A DNA stretch of 64,000 bases from Planctomycetota bacterium (GTDB lineage Bacteria > Planctomycetota > B15-G4 > JADJEK01): NCBI GenBank assembly GCA_044225365.1, contig JBGAIQ010000003.1:64001-128000 (forward strand). Direction: 5' to 3'. The position numbers and the translations under genes were made by a program. Under the pieces are notes generated by a model. The model worked only from the letters and a program-made list of their open reading frames with translations. It had not been told where the DNA came from and did not search any database. Each line of letters starts with the position of its first letter. Within the stretch, counting starts at the first letter, position 1. Below, piece after piece: positions 55,905-64,000 of the stretch.

Positions 55905-56930
55905 ATGACGAGCGAAGACATCGAAGTCCGGCCCTACCGTGACGGCGACGAGGCGGGAGTCCTCGCGCTCTTCAACACCGTGTTCGCCGAGGACGATCCC
56001 ACCTATCACGATCGCGGGCCGGACCACTGGCGATGGGAGTTCCTGAACAATCCCGCGGGCCACCAGATCGTGCTCGGGATCGAACCCGCGGCACTCGGCG
56101 GTCGTGTCGTCGCTCAGTACGCATGCCTTCCTGCAGTCGTGAACCTGCGCGGAGAGCGCGTCCTGTGCGGCCAGGGGATCGACTCCGTCGTTCATCCCGA
56201 TTACCGGCGCGGATTGAAGCGTGAAGGCGCCTTTCTCAAAGTCGCGCGGTACTACTTCGAGCACTTCGGAATCCCCGAGGTGAACGCGTTCGGATACGGC
56301 CTGCCGAATCAGAAGGCGTACCGAGTCGGCGTGCGGATGCTGAACTACGTTCCGATCGCGGCGCCCCTGCCGACACTCGCTCGCAATCTCTTCGACAAGT
56401 CGACCGACGACGTCGTCGGGTACGGCGCCGCGGCCGGAGAGTGCATCGAGATCTCGCGCTTCGGCGGGGAGATGGACGCACTCTGGGCCCGCATCGAGCC
56501 CGGCTATCCGATGGCGATCCGTCGCGATGCGACGTACCTCAACTGGCGATATCTCGACTGCCCCAGCGTGAAGTACCGCGCCTTCGCCCTCGTCGAGAAC
56601 GGTCGATGGCGCGCGGTCTACGTCCTACGCGAGAACTGGATGGGCCCACCGATCCTTGCTCTCACCGAATCGATCTGTGCGCACGACGACGCAGGCGCGT
56701 TTGCCTGGATCCTGAAAGAGGCCGTCGCGTATGCGCGACGAAGCGGGCAGCAGCGCGTGGAGACCTGGATCCCGGAGAGCCATCCGTTCTTCAAGGCGAC
56801 GCTCGCTCAGGGTTTCATCACCGAGTCGTCGCCCTTCAATCTCTGCATCAAGATCTATCGGTCCGACGTCAGTCCCGAATTCGTGCGTGAGAATTGGTGG
56901 TACACGATCGGCGACTCCGACGTGTTCTGA
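55905..56930 (+). CDS. Tandem-fold GNAT-family N-acyltransferase, paralog 2
   Basis: ATG 55905: VRPYRDGDE, WRWEFLNN, QGIDSVVHPDYR, YGLPN, RRDATYLNWRYLDCP, TIGDSDVF. Confidence 0.8.
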   Translation: MTSEDIEVRPYRDGDEAGVLALFNTVFAEDDPTYHDRGPDHWRWEFLNNPAGHQIVLGIEPAALGGRVVAQYACLPAVVNLRGERVLCGQGIDSVVHPDYRRGLKREGAFLKVARYYFEHFGIPEVNAFGYGLPNQKAYRVGVRMLNYVPIAAPLPTLARNLFDKSTDDVVGYGAAAGECIEISRFGGEMDALWARIEPGYPMAIRRDATYLNWRYLDCPSVKYRAFALVENGRWRAVYVLRENWMGPPILALTESICAHDDAGAFAWILKEAVAYARRSGQQRVETWIPESHPFFKATLAQGFITESSPFNLCIKIYRSDVSPEFVRENWWYTIGDSDVF

Positions 56931-56934
56931 GCGT

Positions 56935-57672
56935 TCAGACCGCCTCGACCCACTCTCCCGCTCGCATCCAATCGCGGTCGTTCACTGCACCCGTCTCACG
57001 GATTAGGGCCTGCTCGCGAAACGCTGGATTCCGCAGCAACTTGACCAGTCCTTTCGTCGAGATCGGGCCGATCGGCGCCTCACCGGCCTCCGGAGCGTAC
57101 TCCCAGGTCTTGTCGGCGAGGCCGTCGATCTCCTCGGACATCATGCTCTGCACCTCGCGAAGCAACTCCGCCTTCTCGGCGTCCGAGATGCGCGTCGTCT
57201 CGACGGTCGAAACGAGACGCTCCCAGAGCTTCGCCTCTCGATCCACTTCACGGCATCGCGCGTCGAACATCAGCGCGTGGATCTCCGCCATTCGCTTCTC
57301 GATCTCGAGCAAGAGCGACGCGTCGATCGATGCACCGGTGGATTCCGTCTCGAGCCGACGCAGCAGCAGCGTGTACTTGACGCGCGCCGCGACCCGTTTG
57401 TCGCGCAGCAGGCGTTGGTACAAGGCTCGCGCCCGCTCCCTCTCGCGCTGATATTCTCCGGTCGCGTGAAGTCGCTCGAGGATGGCGCGAACGGGATGGA
57501 AGGCGAGCCGCTGCACGACGAACGCCACACCGAGGGCCACGCCCGCTACCCAGCACACGACGAACGCGGACGGATAGTTCCCCGACGCCGCACGATCGAT
57601 CGCGATGGCGGTCGCGAAGATCGCCACGATCGCAAGTCCGAGGACGAGCAAAGTGAGAAAGCGTCGCCTCAC
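56935..57672 (-). CDS. Hypothetical protein, two N-terminal TMs plus helical domain
   Basis: Two hydrophobic segments then a charged helical sequence; 7 bp from the upstream gene. Confidence 0.6.
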   Translation of the reverse strand: MRRRFLTLLVLGLAIVAIFATAIAIDRAASGNYPSAFVVCWVAGVALGVAFVVQRLAFHPVRAILERLHATGEYQRERERARALYQRLLRDKRVAARVKYTLLLRRLETESTGASIDASLLLEIEKRMAEIHALMFDARCREVDREAKLWERLVSTVETTRISDAEKAELLREVQSMMSEEIDGLADKTWEYAPEAGEAPIGPISTKGLVKLLRNPAFREQALIRETGAVNDRDWMRAGEWVEAV

Positions 57673-57679
57673 CCCGATC

Positions 57680-58237
57680 CTAGTCCTTCAAGTCGTACTT
57701 CTTCGCCACGGGGTCGTCCTCGATGCGCGAGAGCGTGACGCGGAAGCTCGCCGTGATCGAGTCGATGAGTTGCCTCTTCGCCGCGTCGGGCAAGGTCGCG
57801 TTCGATTCGATCTGCAGGACCTTCTCGCTCCACGCAACGTAGGCCTTCTCGAGCGCGTCGGCGCGATCCTTGAATCGCTCGATCTCGATCGTGCGCAGCC
57901 GAGCCTGGACGTAGGTCTTGATCGTCGATGCGATCTCGACGGAGCGGGCATCCCAATAGGTCTTGCTCTCGCGCTTCCTCGCCTCGGCCTCGTGCTCGAG
58001 GAGGGCGATCTGCGTCGACAGCAGGAGATCCGCGGTCTCGAGTTCCTTCTTCGACCGGAGGAATGCGAGTCGATAGCGCGCGATGAGGCCGCGCGGGTTG
58101 GCCTCGGTCTCGTCGGGCGCGTTCACAACCTCGCCCGGCTTCACGACCGACAGCTCGCGACTCGCCGAGTCATCGCTCGACACGAGATCCAAACGCTTCA
58201 CGACCGCCTTCTCGTCGGGCTTCTTCTCGTCGCTCAT
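57680..58237 (-). CDS. Hypothetical all-helical protein
   Basis: 185-aa ORF with K/E-rich natural composition, co-oriented with its neighbours. Confidence 0.65.
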   Translation of the reverse strand: MSDEKKPDEKAVVKRLDLVSSDDSASRELSVVKPGEVVNAPDETEANPRGLIARYRLAFLRSKKELETADLLLSTQIALLEHEAEARKRESKTYWDARSVEIASTIKTYVQARLRTIEIERFKDRADALEKAYVAWSEKVLQIESNATLPDAAKRQLIDSITASFRVTLSRIEDDPVAKKYDLKD

Positions 58238-58283
58238 CGCTTCGATGATACCACCCCGAAAGGAGCGTCCGATCGCGCGTTCC

Positions 58284-59450
58284 TCACAGCGGCAGGCGAG
58301 CGTCCTTGCCGTATCCGGTGAGTTCGAGATATCCCTTCCCGATCGTCTTGCCCCGTGCCTCGATCCGGATCGGGCCCTCCCAGTAATGCAGCTTCTCGAT
58401 GTGCGGCGCGACGTTCTCCGCGCCGTCGAGTTCGGGCTTCACCTCGAACTCCAGGGACTCGCTCGCGATCGTGATCGACCACTCGAGGGGATAGCGAGCG
58501 TCGCTCTTCGTGCTCGACCAGGCCCTTCCCGGTCGCGCGACGACGTCGTCCTTGCCGAGGTAACGAACCGTTCCGTCCTTCGAGACGACCGTCCCGCGCG
58601 AGAAATCGATCACGCCGTCCTTGTTTCGCATGCGATAGAGCATCACGTCGCGACCGTCGTCGAGCTGCAGACTGAACCAGTCCCATCCGACCTGCTCCGC
58701 ACCGAGCTCGCTCGAGCTGATCTCGTGGTCCATCCAGCTCGCACCCTGCACCTCTGAGATGCGCCCATCGAGGGCTACCGTTCCGCGCGTCGCCATGCGC
58801 GTGAAGCTGTAGTACAGGCTCGCGGACGATCCCGAGGCGTTCTTCGGCGACACGCCCGCCGGTCCCTCGAAGGCGAGCGGTTTGTCGGCACGCACGGAGA
58901 GCGCGAGCGAAAAGCCACCCGGATGATCGTCGCGCATCGCGATATCGAATCCCTCGCCTTCGCCGCGATCGTTCTTCGGGACGAAGTCGAGCGTCCACTC
59001 GCCCGCACTGCCCGCTGGCGCGGGACAGCTCGCGACCCTCGTCGTCCCGGAGCCTGCATATTCGGGAAAGCCGCCCGTCATCCTCGCGGCGCGCCAGATC
59101 ACGTCCTTGAAGCGATGTTCGCCGTGCTTCGGATCGTCCACGATCGTGGTGACCGCGGCGTGTCCCATGATCAGGGAATCGGCGGCGAAGGCCGATTTCG
59201 ACGGCGCGCGCGCCGGATCGAGTCCGATGCGAAAGAACGTGAACTGGTAACCGAATCGCCGCCGCGATACCGCTTCCTCGACCTGCCCCGTGAAGTACCA
59301 CCACTCGATCTGGTACTCGGGATGAGCGAAGTGGTCGCGCGGGAAGTCCCACACGTGCTCGGTCGACGCGACTCTCCATTTCGGCTCGTCGCCCACCGCG
59401 AGTCCGAGGAAGCCGATCGATACCAGCGCAACGACGCTACTCTTTCTCAC
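58284..59450 (-). CDS. CrtC/AttH-like secreted lipocalin-fold protein
   Basis: FPRDHFAHPEYQIEWWYFTG, GYQFTFFR, YYSFTR, WMDHE, GWDWFSLQL, YWEGP, GYLELTGY. Confidence 0.88.
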   Translation of the reverse strand: MRKSSVVALVSIGFLGLAVGDEPKWRVASTEHVWDFPRDHFAHPEYQIEWWYFTGQVEEAVSRRRFGYQFTFFRIGLDPARAPSKSAFAADSLIMGHAAVTTIVDDPKHGEHRFKDVIWRAARMTGGFPEYAGSGTTRVASCPAPAGSAGEWTLDFVPKNDRGEGEGFDIAMRDDHPGGFSLALSVRADKPLAFEGPAGVSPKNASGSSASLYYSFTRMATRGTVALDGRISEVQGASWMDHEISSSELGAEQVGWDWFSLQLDDGRDVMLYRMRNKDGVIDFSRGTVVSKDGTVRYLGKDDVVARPGRAWSSTKSDARYPLEWSITIASESLEFEVKPELDGAENVAPHIEKLHYWEGPIRIEARGKTIGKGYLELTGYGKDARLPL

Positions 59451-62013
59451 GCGACAGCTCCGTTCCGGTCTCCCTACTCGCGAGCAGGCTGGGATACAAG
59501 CTCGCGACGACGATCGCGGCGAGGATCGTTCCGGTCTGGCGCGCCATCGCCAACGCGGGGAACGAGAGATCGATCGTCCAACCGAACCACGCGTAGTTGA
59601 TCACCGCGACGAGGACGAGCGCGAGCGCGACGCCCCCGAGCGCTCCAACCGCGATCCCCGATGCTCCGATCGCGAGGCCTTTGCCGAGGAAGAGCAGGAA
59701 GACCTGTCGCTTCGTCGCTCCGAGCGAACGATAGAGAGCGATCTCGGCGCGACGCTCGGCCGCGAGGATCAGGAGTCCGAGCGCGAGGCCAAGTGATGCG
59801 ACCGCGAGCGCCGTGGCCTCGAGGAGCCTCGTGACGAGGAACGTCTGATCGAAGATCCGCAGCGCCTCAGATCGAATGCGCTCGTTCGGTGTGATGGCGA
59901 GCGCTTTCGGCAGGTTCTCGCGCCAGCGATCCATCACTTCGTCGACACGCTGACCCGGGTGCAGGAAGATCCCCATGGCGTTGACGTCGCCCGGCCCGAG
60001 TCCGCGATCGAATTCCTTCTCGTCGACGACGACGATGCCGTGCTCGCTGGTGTAGTCGTGGAAGACGCCGCGAACTCGCAGGGTCCATTGACCCTTCGCG
60101 CCCGGCAGCTGGATGGCGTCGCCGACGTCGAGTCCCGACTTCAGTGCAAGCGGCTCCGAGATCACCGCGGTCCCGCCGGCCGCGAGTTCCGCCGCGACGG
60201 CGTGCTCTTCGCCGTTTCGCGGCTTCAGCAACGGGAATCGCATCTCGCTCTCCACATGGTTCGATTCGACGCCGAGCACGGTGACTCGCCTCTCACCGAA
60301 CCACAAGAGCGCGCGCCGCTGTCGATCGACGAGTCGGACGGCTGGATCCGCGGCGATCGCGGCGACGACGTCGCGCGCGATCCCCGCCTTGCCCTGCGAG
60401 GGACCGATCGTCTCGGTCGCGACGTAGACGTCGGCGCGGAACGTGGTCTCGATCCAGTGCATCACCGTGTCGCGAAAGCTGCCGACCATCAGCGTGATGC
60501 CGAAGAGCATCGCCACCGCGATCGACAACGCCGCTGCCGAGATCGCCGCGCTCGACACCCTTCGCGACAACGCTCGGGCAGCGAATCCGATTCCGAATCC
60601 GCGAACTCCGGATCGCGCGAGCGCTCGCGTGAACACCCACGGCATGAGCAACGGCAGACTCGCGATCACGACGAAGCCCAGGATGAAGCCCGCCGGTTTC
60701 GTGCCGAGCAGTCCGAGGCGATACGCCGCGAAGGCGACGGCGCAGGCGCCGATCCCGAGGATCGCGAGGTGCGGTGCGTGGCGGTCGACCCGGCGTTCGA
60801 CGACGCGCGACGACAGGAGGTCGCGCGGATCGGCCATCACGGACTCGAAGAGCGGCGGCGCCGCCGCGAGCAGAGCGCCGCCGACGCCGACGAGCAACGC
60901 GAGCGGGACGAGCCACGCCGGCGCATGGAGCCCCGCTATCGCGTCGAGCAGATACAGATTGGTGAGCGTCGCGGAGACGGCGGCGATGTTCCGTCGCGCG
61001 GCCTCGAAACCGAGCGGCAGACCGAGCGCGCAGCCGAGCCCCGCGAGCATCGCGACCTCGGAGAGCGCCGCGGCGAGCACCGCGCCACGGGTGGCGCCGA
61101 GCGCGCGGAGGACGCCGAATTCCGCGCGCCGCCGCACGATTTGCGCACGCACCGCGCTGAAGACGAGGAACAGTCCGACGAACACCGCGACGAAACTCAA
61201 CGCCGTGAGGTTGACGCGAAACGCTTCGAGCAGACCTTCGGCCTGCGCCTCGCGCTGCTTCGGAGTGAGGAGGCGACAACTCGGCGGAAGGCGCGGCAGG
61301 AGGCGATTCGCGACCTCCGCCGCGTTTGCACCCGGCACGAGGTCGAGATCGATGCGATCGAGCTCGCCCGCGCGACCGAAGGCGTCCTGCGCGGCGCCGA
61401 TGTCCATGACGACGAGCCGATCGCTCACGAGGAGCGAGCGCTTCCTCAGATCGAGCAGACCGGCGACGACGAGATCGACCGTGCGCGATCCCAACGAGAC
61501 CGTGAGCAAGTCGCCCGGGATCAGTCCCAGGTTCTCCGCGAGAGTATCGGTGAGAGCGATCGCGTTGGCGCCCGCGACCAGATCCCGCACGTTCGGCGCA
61601 TCACCCCGATACGGGATCTTCTGCGCGAGAGTGAGATCGGTGGCGATCACGTCGAGATAGAGACCCTTCGCCCGGAGGGACCCCTCGGGGCCCTTGCTCG
61701 ACGGCCGGACTCGAACCGAGAAGTCGAGGATGGGCAGCGCGGCCTCGACTCCCGGATCCGAGATCGCGATTCGCCACGCGGAATCGTCGAGGAACGGCCC
61801 ATCGGGCACGATCGACAGATCGACGTCGCCGTCGACCGCGCGCATCCCCGCCGCGAACGACGCGATCGCGCTCTGATGGATCAATTGGATCGCGACGACC
61901 GAGGCGACGCCGATCGCCACCGACGCGAGCGTGAGCAGGAAGAGCGCGGCCTCGCTGCGAACGCGATGGACGAGCGTGCGAACGACGTATCCGAGCATGC
62001 CGCCGCGGATCAT
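59437..62013 (-). CDS. FtsX/MacB-like ABC transporter permease (duplicated, AttF/G-like)
   Basis: Two MacB/FtsX halves: RRAEFGVLRALGA and RRAEIALYRSLGA; INYAWFGWTI. Confidence 0.88.
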   Translation of the reverse strand: MIRGGMLGYVVRTLVHRVRSEAALFLLTLASVAIGVASVVAIQLIHQSAIASFAAGMRAVDGDVDLSIVPDGPFLDDSAWRIAISDPGVEAALPILDFSVRVRPSSKGPEGSLRAKGLYLDVIATDLTLAQKIPYRGDAPNVRDLVAGANAIALTDTLAENLGLIPGDLLTVSLGSRTVDLVVAGLLDLRKRSLLVSDRLVVMDIGAAQDAFGRAGELDRIDLDLVPGANAAEVANRLLPRLPPSCRLLTPKQREAQAEGLLEAFRVNLTALSFVAVFVGLFLVFSAVRAQIVRRRAEFGVLRALGATRGAVLAAALSEVAMLAGLGCALGLPLGFEAARRNIAAVSATLTNLYLLDAIAGLHAPAWLVPLALLVGVGGALLAAAPPLFESVMADPRDLLSSRVVERRVDRHAPHLAILGIGACAVAFAAYRLGLLGTKPAGFILGFVVIASLPLLMPWVFTRALARSGVRGFGIGFAARALSRRVSSAAISAAALSIAVAMLFGITLMVGSFRDTVMHWIETTFRADVYVATETIGPSQGKAGIARDVVAAIAADPAVRLVDRQRRALLWFGERRVTVLGVESNHVESEMRFPLLKPRNGEEHAVAAELAAGGTAVISEPLALKSGLDVGDAIQLPGAKGQWTLRVRGVFHDYTSEHGIVVVDEKEFDRGLGPGDVNAMGIFLHPGQRVDEVMDRWRENLPKALAITPNERIRSEALRIFDQTFLVTRLLEATALAVASLGLALGLLILAAERRAEIALYRSLGATKRQVFLLFLGKGLAIGASGIAVGALGGVALALVLVAVINYAWFGWTIDLSFPALAMARQTGTILAAIVVASLYPSLLASRETGTELSREKE

Positions 62014-62687
62014 CCTCGCGCCATCTCCCCGCTCTTCAGCTCGAGCGTGCGATCGGCGAGCGCGGCGAGTTCCCGGCTGTGCGTCACGAGCACGAGCGTC
62101 GCTCCCGATTCGGTCGCGAGCGAGAACAGCAGATCGGTGACGATTCGCCCGCTCGCATCGTCGAGGCTGCCCGTCGGTTCGTCCGCGAGAACCAGCGGAG
62201 GCTTGCGCAGGAGAGCACGACAGAGCGCCACCCGCTGCTGCTCGCCCCCGGAGAGTCCGTCGATCGGATCCGTCGCTCGCGTTTCGAGCCCGACGCGCCG
62301 CAGCAACTCGCCCGCTCGGACGCGCGCGACCTTCAGATCGCCGCCCGCGATTCGCTCCGGCAGGACGACGTTCTCGAGGACCGACAAGTGCGGCAGGAGA
62401 TGGAAGAACTGGAACACGAGTCCGATCCGGTCGCGACGCATCCGCGATCGTTCGGCGTCGTCGAGGGAGTCGAGGTCGCGGCCGTCGACGAAGACCTGGC
62501 CATCGCTCGGGCGCTCGATGCCGGCCGCGAGATGTAGAAGCGTCGACTTGCCGCTCCCGCTGCGGCCGATGATCGCGACACGCTCACGCTTCTCGATCGC
62601 GAAGGACAGCGAATGCAGCGCGACGAGCGGCGGACCCCGCTCACGCGCGAAACTCTTCGTGACGTTCGTGAACGCAAGGACCGCCAT
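62010..62687 (-). CDS. ABC transporter ATP-binding protein (LolD/AttE-like)
   Basis: GRSGSGKST, VFQFFHL, LSGGEQQRV, LADEPTG, VTH. Confidence 0.92.
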   Translation of the reverse strand: MAVLAFTNVTKSFARERGPPLVALHSLSFAIEKRERVAIIGRSGSGKSTLLHLAAGIERPSDGQVFVDGRDLDSLDDAERSRMRRDRIGLVFQFFHLLPHLSVLENVVLPERIAGGDLKVARVRAGELLRRVGLETRATDPIDGLSGGEQQRVALCRALLRKPPLVLADEPTGSLDDASGRIVTDLLFSLATESGATLVLVTHSRELAALADRTLELKSGEMARG

Positions 62688-62761
62688 GATTTCGAACTTA
62701 GCGCCGTGACCCTGGGACCGAATCGAATTCGTGGCGGCTCCGCCGTGGATGCAGCTCTTTT

Positions 62762-62880
62762 CGGACCGCCACGCTCCAGCGTGGCATCCCCAATGAGATG
62801 CCGGGCAGGGCCCGGCGGTCCGGCCATCCAGATGCCGGGCAGGGCCCGGCGGTCCGGACCGCCACGCTCCAGCGTGGCAT
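62762..62880. repeat. Cluster of four REP-like palindromes
   Basis: CGGACCGCCACGCTCCAGCGTGGCAT at 62762 and 62855; the inverted relative ATGCCGGGCAGGGCCCGGCGGTCCG at 62798 and 62832. Confidence 0.8.
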
Positions 62881-62947
62881 GATCGTCGCATCGCGGCCGC
62901 GGCGCGTCCTGTATTCTGCGCTCGCACCCGATCTGCGGAGCAAAGAC

Positions 62948-64000
62948 GTGTCGAGCGCATCGCCCATCGAGAACCTTCCCGTCGAGTCCGTGCGGGATCT
63001 CTACGTCCTCGATCATCAGAAGCTACGCACCGAAGCATACGAGTTGGTCCACGCGACCGAGAAAGTCGGCGGTCGACCCTGCGCGATCCAGCGGCTCCTG
63101 CCCTCGATCGCATCGAATGCGGAGTGCGTCGAACAGTTCGTGATCCAGGCGCTCGCCGCGGCGCGCAGTCACTGCAAGAACATCCTCGCCGTTCACGGCG
63201 TCGCGCGAGACGACGAAGGTCCGTACGCGGTCGTCGAGTGGCCTGAGAACGGCATCCTCGAGTCGCGACTCTCGCTCGGACCGCTCCCGAGCACCGAGGT
63301 CGAGAAACTCGCAGAAGGGCTCGCGAACGCGCTCGCGACGGCCTTCGACCGCGGATTCTGTCACGGACGCGTCGTGCCGAGCGAGGTGCTCCTCTCGTCG
63401 GGCGACACGCCCTGGCTCGGCGCGTTCGGGATCGGCCTTCCCGACGACGAATCGAGCACTCTGCTGATCGACGACGACAAGAAGCCCGCGCGACCGGTGC
63501 ATCGCCACTCCCCGAATGCGGCCGACGACGCGCACCGCCTGTGCCTGTTGCTCGATCGCGCGATTCGGGGCCGCCCCGGCGCCCACAACAAGGTCGATCC
63601 GCCGCCCTGGCTCACGAAGCTCCTCCACAAGGGACTCGCGTCGGACTCGCGAGCCCGGTTCCGGAACTCCAACGACATCGCGGACTGGCTGCGCGCGGAG
63701 CGGGGACAGGGCGCTGCCGGCGAGCGCTCCGACGATGCGCCGACCGCCGGCGCCATCACTTCGAGCCCCGAGGCTCCCGGTTCGCGATCGTCTCGCGGCT
63801 CTTCCTCGAACCCGCGGACGCAGACGGCGGGATCGGCGACGAGCGCGGAAGATGCGGGCGGACGCGCGGAGTTCCCGTGGCGACCGCTGCACGAACAGTA
63901 CCGGATCGAAGGCGAGGCCCTCGCCGGCGGAATGGGAACCGTGATTCGCGCGATCGAGATGGCGACGGGCCGCGCCGTCGCCGTAAAGCGGATGAAGAAC
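62948..64000 (+). CDS. Ser/Thr protein kinase with an N-terminal degenerate kinase domain (partial, runs off the window)
   Basis: Absent from the ORF track. Frame open from 62879 to the end; GTG 62948 follows GGAG. Ends YRIEGEALAGGMGTVIRAIEMATGRAVAVKRMKN. Confidence 0.8.
   Translation, partial: MSSASPIENLPVESVRDLYVLDHQKLRTEAYELVHATEKVGGRPCAIQRLLPSIASNAECVEQFVIQALAAARSHCKNILAVHGVARDDEGPYAVVEWPENGILESRLSLGPLPSTEVEKLAEGLANALATAFDRGFCHGRVVPSEVLLSSGDTPWLGAFGIGLPDDESSTLLIDDDKKPARPVHRHSPNAADDAHRLCLLLDRAIRGRPGAHNKVDPPPWLTKLLHKGLASDSRARFRNSNDIADWLRAERGQGAAGERSDDAPTAGAITSSPEAPGSRSSRGSSSNPRTQTAGSATSAEDAGGRAEFPWRPLHEQYRIEGEALAGGMGTVIRAIEMATGRAVAVKRMKN

Noticed and set aside
58284-62687. Carotenoid biosynthesis locus, or a novel system
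   Set aside because: A CrtC-like protein with a LolD/FtsX-type ABC pair is the widespread AttEFGH-type arrangement, and no other crt genes are present.
1-64000. tRNA, rRNA, integrase or prophage genes
   Set aside because: None recognisable by eye; a tRNAscan-SE or Infernal run would be needed to exclude small RNAs.

Overview
High-GC bacterial window. Membrane-anchored ECF sigma fusions, carboxypeptidase-regulatory-like repeat proteins, DUF1080 and a Ser/Thr kinase point to a Planctomycetota-type organism (inference). Left to right: (1) a secreted esterase cut by the left edge, an ECF sigma factor, a secreted repeat (beta-propeller-like) protein and a ~260-bp palindromic tandem repeat. (2) A ~27-kb minus-strand glycosylation island (5.1-32.2 kb) with 13 glycosyltransferase genes (7 GT2 and 7 GT4 domains, every GT4 carrying a Cys4 insert), two PIG-L deacetylase domains, an intact/degenerate SGNH pair and a stand-alone coiled-coil protein, interrupted by a hipBA-type module. 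(3) Divergent from it, an 11-gene type II secretion/type IV filament cluster (32.5-43.5 kb) headed by two paralogous 250-aa pilins; a perfect Fur-box palindrome overlapping a sigma70-like promoter lies between the two pilin genes. (4) Two DUF3592-M48 peptidase paralogs sharing a 40-bp upstream motif, an alpha-galactosidase-like hydrolase, a Cys-rich protein, an Rpn C-terminal remnant, a 1036-aa ECF fusion, a head-to-head GNAT pair, an ABC/CrtC-like (AttEFGH-type) operon, a REP cluster and a pseudokinase-kinase gene cut by the right edge. The best candidate for an undescribed system is the putatively iron-repressed, dual-pilin filament machine next to the Cys4-GT4 glycosylation island. All family calls come from reading motifs by eye; no database search was run. 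Many starts were moved from the ORF track to more plausible codons.
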